Shown: positions 57,697 to 64,000 of the stretch, in pieces
Position numbering within the stretch: the first letter of the stretch is position 1
Layout: each line of letters opens with the position of its first letter
Assembly (NCBI GenBank): GCA_964195715.1
Contig: CAXMRU010000057.1
Location: 5,015 to 69,014 of the forward strand
Length of the DNA: 64,000 bases
From: Akkermansiaceae bacterium
GTDB taxonomy: Bacteria; Gemmatimonadota; Gemmatimonadetes; Palauibacterales; Palauibacteraceae
Direction: 5' to 3'
Made by a program: the position numbers and the translations under genes
Notes under the pieces: model-generated
Told to the model about the DNA's origin: nothing
The model's input: only the letters and a program-made list of their open reading frames with translations
Database searches by the model: none

Positions 57697-58519
57697 ATCG
57701 TTCCGCGTCCCCGAGCCGGTCTCCTGGTTCGTTGCGTCCAATCCAGGACCTCTTACGCTGGATGGAACACGCTGCTACCGGGTGGGCGACAAGCGTGTTG
57801 TGCTCGTGGATCCCGGTCCCGCAATGCCGGGGCAGCTGGATCGACTCGAGAAGCTGGTGGACGGCCGTCCGGTCGAAGCGATCTGCCTGACACATGCCCA
57901 CGCGGATCACTCGGGCATCGCCGCTGGGGCCGCGGAGTGTTTCGGAGCGTCGGTCGCCGCGTCGGTGGATACGCTGTCTCGGCTTGGCATCGTCGGCCGT
58001 GCCCTGGCGGGTGGTGACACGATCCCGGTGGATGGGGGAGCCCTCCGCTTGAGGGCACTCGAGGCGCCCGGCCATTCGGCGGACCACCTGGCGTATCTGC
58101 TGGAGCCAGGCCGGTGCGTGTTCACCGGAGATCTCGTTCTGGGGGCGGGAAGCAGTGTAGTTCTGCACCCGGACGGCGAGGTGAGGGCTTGCCTCGCGAG
58201 CTTCAGTCGTATTCTGTCCCTGCGTCCGGGCTGCCTCTATCCGGGGCACGGCCCACCGGTCGACGATGGGGAGGCGCGCGTGAGGGACTACCGGGAACAC
58301 CGGATCGAGAGACACGGGCAGGTGATCGAAGCAGTGCAGACAGGTGCTCGCACGGTCGAGAACGTGCGGAAGCTCGTGTACGGTGACCTGGCCCCGGATC
58401 TTGAGAAGGCGGCCGACGCCGCCATTCGGGCCCACATCGTGTATATGCGAGAGCAGGGCGACGACGTACCACCGATCGCCGGCCTGGATGATTCGAGTCC
58501 TGGGCCCGAAGAATCATGA
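57683..58519 (+). CDS. MBL-fold metallo-hydrolase
   Basis: HxHxDH motif LTHAHADHSG plus downstream His/Asp ligands (APGHSADH, GDLV, YPGHG). 14-nt overlap with the NUDIX gene. Confidence 0.75.
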   Translation: MRQSESFRVPEPVSWFVASNPGPLTLDGTRCYRVGDKRVVLVDPGPAMPGQLDRLEKLVDGRPVEAICLTHAHADHSGIAAGAAECFGASVAASVDTLSRLGIVGRALAGGDTIPVDGGALRLRALEAPGHSADHLAYLLEPGRCVFTGDLVLGAGSSVVLHPDGEVRACLASFSRILSLRPGCLYPGHGPPVDDGEARVRDYREHRIERHGQVIEAVQTGARTVENVRKLVYGDLAPDLEKAADAAIRAHIVYMREQGDDVPPIAGLDDSSPGPEES

Positions 58520-59754
58520 CGGCCAGGAAAGCCGGGCCCATGGCTTTGGGGATCATCTTCTTCACCGTCTTCCTCGATCTCGTCGGGTTCGGGATCGTTC
58601 TTCCGCTCCTGCCGTTCTACGCGACCGAGTTAGGAGCCTCTCCGTTCGAGGTGGGACTGATCATCGCGTCGTACTCGGCGATGCAGTTCCTGTTCGCGCC
58701 GATCTGGGGTGCTCTCTCGGATCGATACGGAAGGCGATCGTTGTTGCTCATCGGACTCTTCGGCTCGGCCATGTCCTACGTAGTGTTCGGGCTGGCCCGG
58801 TCCCTCGAGGTACTCCTGTTCTCGAGGGTGATCGCCGGTATCATGGGTGCCACCATCCCGGTGGCGCAGGCTTACATCGCCGATTCCACGACGGCGGAGC
58901 GCCGAGCGCGTGGCATGGGTCTGATTGGAGCTGCGTTCGGCCTCGGTTTCATCTTCGGCCCTGCGATCGGGGGCGGCCTCAGCACGTGGGGGTACAGCCT
59001 GCCGGGATTCGCCGCGGCCGGACTCAGCCTTGCGGCGGCCGTTGCGGCGTGGGTGTGGCTTCCCGAGTCACTCTCACCCGAGAATCGCGTGCGTGGCGGA
59101 TTCGGTGTGCTCTCGACCGTCACCGGACGGGCGCGCGCAGCGGTTCGCGTGCTTGGCCGAAAGAGACTTCGGGATCCGATCACCGTGTTCTTCCTCGGGA
59201 CGATGGGGTTCGCCGGATTCACCACGATCTTCCCGCTATTCCTGGAGAACCCGCTCGGCCTGACCGCCGTGTATGCCGGAGGGATGTTCGCGCTGGTCGG
59301 CATGGTGTCGGCCGGGATGCAGGGCGCCCTGATCGGACCGATGGTCGAACGTTACGGCGAACGCGCGATGGCCGCCCTCGGAGGGCTGTCGCTGGCGGCC
59401 GGAGTGATCTTCATGGGGCTGGTGCAGACGATTGTCGCGACCATGATCAGTCTGCTGTTCGTGGGGATCGGTTGGGGACTCATGGCGCCGTCCCTCCAGA
59501 GCCTCGTGTCGCGCCGGGCGATGGCGAACGAGCAGGGCGAAGTTCTCGGCGTAAACCAGTCGGCCAGCGCCCTGGCGAGGGTCATCGGGCCGGTGACCGC
59601 CGGGTGGGCCTACGGAGCTCTCGGTGCGGGGATGGGATTCGCAGCGGGCGGCATGCTGATCGCCATCGCAGCGATGTGGGTTCGGGCCATGCGCGACCAG
59701 CCGGAGTCTTTCAACGACCCGCCAGACCTCACGGTGAACGCTCCTTCCGGCTGA
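58516..59754 (+). CDS. MFS transporter (Tet/TCR-like, 12 TM)
   Basis: MFS motif A GALSDRYGRR, 12 predicted TM helices. ATGA overlap with the MBL gene. Confidence 0.85.
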   Translation: MTARKAGPMALGIIFFTVFLDLVGFGIVLPLLPFYATELGASPFEVGLIIASYSAMQFLFAPIWGALSDRYGRRSLLLIGLFGSAMSYVVFGLARSLEVLLFSRVIAGIMGATIPVAQAYIADSTTAERRARGMGLIGAAFGLGFIFGPAIGGGLSTWGYSLPGFAAAGLSLAAAVAAWVWLPESLSPENRVRGGFGVLSTVTGRARAAVRVLGRKRLRDPITVFFLGTMGFAGFTTIFPLFLENPLGLTAVYAGGMFALVGMVSAGMQGALIGPMVERYGERAMAALGGLSLAAGVIFMGLVQTIVATMISLLFVGIGWGLMAPSLQSLVSRRAMANEQGEVLGVNQSASALARVIGPVTAGWAYGALGAGMGFAAGGMLIAIAAMWVRAMRDQPESFNDPPDLTVNAPSG

Positions 59755-60571
59755 CCAGGCCCGGCCGCTCGACCGGGAAATGGCCGTCGAACAGGTGCAT
59801 GGCGGGCCCGGCGAGACGAAGGCGGTAATCACCGTCCGGGTGCGGCTCGTCGGGCACCTGGATGCGGAGGTCGCACCCGCCCCGAACCCGCAGGTCGAGA
59901 CCGGGTTCGCACACCCCCGCTGCCCTGAGCGCGAACACAGAGGCCATCGCGCCACTGCCGCACGCCAGGGTCTCTCCTTCCACTCCCCGCTCGAACGTGC
60001 GGATCGAACCGTGGGTGCGCGTGTCGAGAGTGACCAGGTTGATGTTCGCGCCCTCGGGCCCCAGAGCCGGGTCGTGGCGTATGCGCCGACACACTTCGTC
60101 GATCGAGCCCTCGGGCTGCGAGTCGAGCGGCACCACGAAATGGGGGACCCCGATGTGGACAAGCCAGCCCTCCGCGGGTCCGAACGGTCCTTCCACCGGG
60201 ATGCGCTTGACCACCTCGACGGGCATACGGTACTCGAGCTCGACCCAGTCGCCGTCCACCACGGCCGTGATCTCGGAGTCCGAGGTCTCGATGATGAACG
60301 GCGACCCGTCCACCATGTCCCGGTCGGCGGCAAATCTAGCGGCGCATCGCGTACCGTTGCCGCACGTACCGTACGCAGAGCCGTCGGGGTTGAAGAAGCG
60401 AACGCCGACACGGTTCGAATCCCCGCGCCACACGAGGACGAGTCCGTCGACACCCACGCCGGTGGCGCGATCGCACACGTAGCGGGCTACTGAGGCGCCT
60501 TCTTCATCCGGCCACCGGGCTTCTGTAATAACGAAGTCGTTCCCGGCTCCCGTGTATTTGCCGAAATTCAC
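59729..60571 (-). CDS. dapF: diaminopimelate epimerase
   Basis: GAGNDFV N-terminus, both catalytic Cys motifs (GTCGNGTRC, ACGSGAMAS). Confidence 0.9.
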   Translation of the reverse strand: MNFGKYTGAGNDFVITEARWPDEEGASVARYVCDRATGVGVDGLVLVWRGDSNRVGVRFFNPDGSAYGTCGNGTRCAARFAADRDMVDGSPFIIETSDSEITAVVDGDWVELEYRMPVEVVKRIPVEGPFGPAEGWLVHIGVPHFVVPLDSQPEGSIDEVCRRIRHDPALGPEGANINLVTLDTRTHGSIRTFERGVEGETLACGSGAMASVFALRAAGVCEPGLDLRVRGGCDLRIQVPDEPHPDGDYRLRLAGPAMHLFDGHFPVERPGLVSRKERSP

Positions 60572-60619
60572 CTGTCTCCACTCTCACGCGGATGGTGTTT
60601 GAACGAGAATCGAGGTCCC

Positions 60620-60657
60620 ACAGAAAAGGCCGCGGACTCGACCACGAGTCCACGGCC
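60620..60657 (-). terminator. intrinsic-terminator-like hairpin (minus-strand orientation) in the dapF 5' leader
   Basis: Minus strand: GGCCGTGGACTCG-tggt-CGAGTCCGCGGCC followed by TTTTCTGTG. 13-bp GC-rich stem. No upstream CDS on that strand. Confidence 0.3.
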
Positions 60658-60805
60658 CTCTCTTCGACCTGACTCGACGCGGCTCCACGGCGGCTCCGCT
60701 CGTGCGGCAGGGCCTGACTCGAAGTTGAGTACACATACGCCGGCGCGCAACAGGCGCTGTCAGGGGTTCTTCGGCGACCTGTCAGAGCTCCGCGTCTCAA
60801 CGTGA

Positions 60806-61573
60806 ATGCATCAGGCCGGCCGGCGGCCTATCTTGGGGCGGCCGAACGTGGGTGGTGTGCCCGATCCCGCTCTCAACAAGCCCGGAGACAGGACTGCAAT
60901 GACGGACGCACCAAAACCTCTGGTTCCCTTGCAGCGCGAACGCGAGCAGGCTGTGCAGGTTCTCATCGATCACTACGCCGCAGACAACCTGACGGTGGAG
61001 GAATTCGAGGTGCGCCTCGACGCGGCGTACGCCGCCGCGTCGAGGGTAGAGTTGGAAGGTCTGCTTTCGGGACTGCCGGTCCTGGCTTCGACGACAGATC
61101 AGGCCCAGATTTCCCCGGTGCAGCGCGTCGCGGCGGACGCCGTGCGCGACCACGGCTTTCAGCTCGCGATCATGGGCGGCTACGAGAAGAAGGGGGAGTG
61201 GACACCACCTCGGAAGCTGTACTCGTTGGCCATCATGGGTGGTGCCGGGCTGGACTTCAGGGAGGCCAGGATGCCTCCCGGGGTCACGGAAGTGAACATT
61301 CTGGCCGTGATGGGAGGCGTCGAGGTCCTGGTACCACCGGGGCTGGCGGTCGAGACGCACGGCTTCGGGCTCATGGGTGGATTCGAAGGGGTCGACCAGG
61401 CGGGGGTCGACACGGATCCGGACGCGCCGCGTCTCGTGATCCGAGGCATGGCCTGCATGGGTGGAGTGGAGGTCGCGGTGCGAGAGCCCGGAGAGTCGGC
61501 GCGTGACGCACGTCAGCGGCGCAAGCTGGAGCGAAAAGAACGACGCCAGTTGCGGCGAGGTCAGAAGGAGTAG
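60806..61573 (+). CDS. DUF1707 / LiaF-C-like domain protein
   Basis: N-terminal DUF1707-like region (REREQAVQVLIDHYAADNLTVEEFEVRLD). C-terminal repeated xMGG blocks (IMGG, AIMGG, AVMGGVEVLV, LMGG, CMGGVEVAV) typical of LiaF-like C-terminal domains. Start may be MTDAPKP (60899). Confidence 0.55.
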   Translation: MHQAGRRPILGRPNVGGVPDPALNKPGDRTAMTDAPKPLVPLQREREQAVQVLIDHYAADNLTVEEFEVRLDAAYAAASRVELEGLLSGLPVLASTTDQAQISPVQRVAADAVRDHGFQLAIMGGYEKKGEWTPPRKLYSLAIMGGAGLDFREARMPPGVTEVNILAVMGGVEVLVPPGLAVETHGFGLMGGFEGVDQAGVDTDPDAPRLVIRGMACMGGVEVAVREPGESARDARQRRKLERKERRQLRRGQKE

Positions 61574-61677
61574 AAGCCCGCGGATCTTGAGCCCCGAGCC
61601 GCGGCTCGATATAGTCCCCTCCCGGACGGCGAGGGCGCCGGACGGAATACCACACGCGAACGATTGCGAGGGCTGAC

Positions 61678-62070
61678 ATGTCAGGGATCCCGGAAGGATT
61701 CCAGTATACCGAGGAGCACGAGTACGTCCGGGAGGCCGGCGCGGAGGGCGAGTTTCTGATCGGGATCACGGACTACGCGCAGGGCGAGCTGGGCGACGTG
61801 GTGTTCGTCGAGCTCCCGTCTCCAGGTGACGCGTTCGAGAAGATGGAAGTCTTCGGCACGATCGAGGCGGTCAAGGCCGTATCCGACCTCTACGCTCCGA
61901 TCTCCGGCGAGATCGTGGCCGTCAACGAGACGCTCGATGAAGACCCCGCGCTCGTGAACTCGGATCCGTACGGTGAAGGCTGGATGATTCGCATCCGGGT
62001 GACCGATCCCTCGGAGCTCGACGATCTCCTCACGGCGGAGGCCTACGCCAGTCTGATCGACGAGGGCTAG
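61678..62070 (+). CDS. gcvH: glycine cleavage system H protein
   Basis: Lipoyl-lysine motif IEAVKAVSDLYAP. 130 aa. Confidence 0.9.
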   Translation: MSGIPEGFQYTEEHEYVREAGAEGEFLIGITDYAQGELGDVVFVELPSPGDAFEKMEVFGTIEAVKAVSDLYAPISGEIVAVNETLDEDPALVNSDPYGEGWMIRIRVTDPSELDDLLTAEAYASLIDEG

Positions 62071-62185
62071 CCGGCCGCAGGCCCGGCTCCGGACCCGGTC
62101 CTTCGGGCCCGGCCGGCAGCGCCAGCATTACCGACCGAAGCCTGCGCAGATCTTCGACAGGTTTCCAACGAGGGCAGGAAAACCG

Positions 62186-63520
62186 ATGTCTTTCATTCCG
62201 CACAGCGAAGCCGACCGGCGGGAAATGCTCGACCGGATCGGTGTTTCGGATGTCCGGGATCTGTACGACGATGTCCCGGAAGAGCTGATCCTGGAGGGCG
62301 ACCTCGACATTCCCGGGGCCCTGTCCGAATGGGAAGCGGTCCGCGAGCTGAACCGTCTCGCGGGCGAGAACCGATCACTCGTGTGCTTCGCGGGGGCCGG
62401 CCAGTACGATCACCACGTGCCCGCGGCGGTCGATCACCTGATCCGCCGCAGCGAATTCTATACCGCGTATACTCCGTACCAGCCGGAAGTGTCACAGGGC
62501 ACTCTGCAGGTCATCTACGAGTTCCAGACGATGGTTTGCGAGCTCACGGGGATGGACGTGGCCAACGCTTCCATGTATGACGGGCCGTCCGCGGCGGCCG
62601 AGGCGGCCGTGATGTCCCGGGCCGTGACACGGCGTGGGCGGGTACTGGCCGCGCGGACCGTTCATCCTCACTACAGAAAAGTCACCGACACGTACCTGCG
62701 CGGGCTGGGGGGCGAGCTGGAGCTGGTGCCGGCGGGACCGGACGGCCTCGTTGACCTGGAGGCGCTCTCGGCAGCGCTGGACGGAGACACGGCCTGCTTC
62801 CTGGTCCAATACCCGAACTTCTTCGGCTGCATCGAGGAGTTGGAGCCGATCGCCGAGGTCGTGCACGAGGCGGGAGCGTTGCTCGTTGTGGCCGCCGACG
62901 CGGTGGCGCAGGTGCTGCTACGCTCACCGGGAGAGCTCGGCGCCGACATCGTCGTGGCCGAGGGGCAGCCGTTCGGAAATGCGCCCAGCTTCGGCGGACC
63001 GGTCGTGGGCCTGTTTGCCGCCCGCCAGAAGCTCGTGCGGAAGATGCCCGGGCGGATCGTGGGCGCGACCGTGGACACGGAGGACCGTCGCGGTTACGTG
63101 CTAACCCTGCAGACGCGGGAGCAGCAGATCCGCCGAGCCAAGGCGACCAGCAACATCTGCACGAACCAGGGACTGAACGCCCTCGCCGCTACGATTCACC
63201 TCAGCCTGTTGGGGCGAGAGGGCCTGCGAGACGTAGCCGAATCGTCGGTGCAGAACGCGCACTACGCGTGGCGCAAGCTGCAGGACGTGGACGGCGTCAC
63301 ACCCCTGTTTCCCGATACCCCCTTCGCGCGCGAGTTCGCCGTTGCGACCCGGGAGAATTCCCGGTCCATCCTGGAGCGCGGCTTCGAGGCCGGCATCCTG
63401 GCCGGGGTCTCACTGAGCCGGTTCGCATCGCTCGAGGCGCCGGACGGCCTGCTGCTCGCGTTCACCGAGAAGCGGAGCCGGGAGGAGATCGACCGATTGG
63501 TCGATGTGCTCGCCGGCTGA
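62186..63520 (+). CDS. gcvPA: glycine dehydrogenase (decarboxylating) subunit 1
   Basis: N-terminal MSFIPHSEADRREMLDRIG, PLP-fold, typical 444-aa GcvPA. Confidence 0.9.
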   Translation: MSFIPHSEADRREMLDRIGVSDVRDLYDDVPEELILEGDLDIPGALSEWEAVRELNRLAGENRSLVCFAGAGQYDHHVPAAVDHLIRRSEFYTAYTPYQPEVSQGTLQVIYEFQTMVCELTGMDVANASMYDGPSAAAEAAVMSRAVTRRGRVLAARTVHPHYRKVTDTYLRGLGGELELVPAGPDGLVDLEALSAALDGDTACFLVQYPNFFGCIEELEPIAEVVHEAGALLVVAADAVAQVLLRSPGELGADIVVAEGQPFGNAPSFGGPVVGLFAARQKLVRKMPGRIVGATVDTEDRRGYVLTLQTREQQIRRAKATSNICTNQGLNALAATIHLSLLGREGLRDVAESSVQNAHYAWRKLQDVDGVTPLFPDTPFAREFAVATRENSRSILERGFEAGILAGVSLSRFASLEAPDGLLLAFTEKRSREEIDRLVDVLAG

Positions 63521-63530
63521 GGAGGGACCT

Positions 63531-64000
63531 ATGGGCAAGCTGATCTTTCACGGGCAGTCATGCATTGAGATCGTGACAGGGGATGGCACCCGGCTCCTGG
63601 TCGATCCGTTCCTGACGGACAACCCCATCGCCGACGTCGGCCGCGAGCACTTTCACGACCGGCTCGACTACATCCTCCTCACGCACGGACACTTCGATCA
63701 CGTGGCCGACGCGTGGCCGCTGCTGGACGAAACGGACGCGACATTGATCGCGTCGTTCGAGATCGTGAGCTACGCGCAGGATGTGCTGGGTCACGAGAAG
63801 GCGCATCCGATGCACATCGGCGGCGGGTTCGACTTTCCGTTCGGGCGCGTGAAGATGACGGCGGCGCTACACGGTGGGCAGGTGGCCGGCGAGGGGGCAG
63901 AGGGCTACACGACCTGTCCCGCCGGTCTGCTGATCACGTTGGCTGGCACGGGAATCTACCACGCGGGAGACACGGCGCTCCTCACCGACATGTCGCTGCT
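63531..64000 (+). CDS. UPF0173-type metal-dependent hydrolase (MBL fold), 3'-truncated by window end
   Basis: GAGGAGGGA RBS, then ATG at 63531. MGKLIFHGQSCIEIV...LLTHGHFDHV. The ORF runs off the window and is not in the supplied list. Confidence 0.65.
   Translation, partial: MGKLIFHGQSCIEIVTGDGTRLLVDPFLTDNPIADVGREHFHDRLDYILLTHGHFDHVADAWPLLDETDATLIASFEIVSYAQDVLGHEKAHPMHIGGGFDFPFGRVKMTAALHGGQVAGEGAEGYTTCPAGLLITLAGTGIYHAGDTALLTDMSL

Noticed and set aside
59236-60453. 405-aa minus-strand ORF and 494-aa + ORF (58344..59828)
   Set aside because: They are alternative frames across the dapF and MFS genes. Composition is Arg/Ser/Thr-rich and they lack motifs. The dapF and MFS frames carry diagnostic signatures.
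1-64000. CRISPR arrays, transposases/integrases, tRNA/rRNA genes
   Set aside because: I scanned intergenic regions for regularly spaced repeats and tRNA-like cloverleaf-sized gaps. None were found. The only repeats seen are the two parS sites and the short tandem GTACCATAA.
63531-64000. Expectation of gcvPB immediately after gcvPA
   Set aside because: The downstream ORF is an MBL-fold hydrolase (HGHFDHV motif), not the PLP-dependent GcvPB. gcvPB may lie beyond the window.

Overview
This is a high-GC (about 67%) bacterial chromosomal window. It is densely coding, with heavy translational coupling: many stop and start codons overlap (ATGA, GTGA, TTGA). I see no rRNA, tRNA, CRISPR array, transposase or integrase.

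The right half is a textbook origin-proximal region. It contains mnmG, two parS-consensus sites, parA and parB, then mnmE, yidC, yidD, rnpA and rpmH. rpmH and dnaA have divergent sigma70-like promoters. dnaA is followed by dnaN, and the dnaA-dnaN spacer has an AT-rich stretch that is my oriC/DUE candidate.

The most interesting content is on the minus strand at about 6.4-16.1 kb. It is a co-directional, tightly packed lipid cluster. It encodes a serine palmitoyltransferase-like alpha-oxoamine synthase, a coupled N-acyltransferase-like protein (candidate bacterial ceramide synthase), and an NAD-dependent epimerase/SDR (candidate 3-ketosphinganine/ceramide reductase). Next comes a PAP2/sphingomyelin-synthase-like membrane protein, a candidate head-group transferase. 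An ECF sigma / zinc anti-sigma pair, a PDZ protein, and a LuxE-like acyl-protein synthetase / LuxC-like acyl-CoA reductase pair follow. Together this looks like a sphingolipid (or sulfonolipid-type) pathway with an unusual fatty-acid-reductase-like module and its own envelope-stress regulator.

Other notable modules:
- a parA-parB-M23 peptidase-bactofilin operon next to the origin;
- a perfect sigma54 -24/-12 promoter driving an HlyD adaptor / ABC ATPase / NtrC-type regulator / histidine kinase operon with no permease;
- an Fpg/Nei glycosylase with Ile2 instead of the catalytic Pro2;
- a DnaA-box cluster about 12 kb from dnaA;
- a VapBC pair;
- a five-gene coupled operon: ADP-forming acyl-CoA synthetase, Yip1, CoA-pyrophosphatase-type NUDIX, MBL hydrolase, MFS transporter;
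- housekeeping genes: a 2-oxoacid dehydrogenase E1alpha/E1beta/E2 operon, gcvH-gcvPA, dapF, queD, three secreted peptidases and an aconitase-family protein.

All calls rest on ORF translations and motifs read by eye. No database searches were run.
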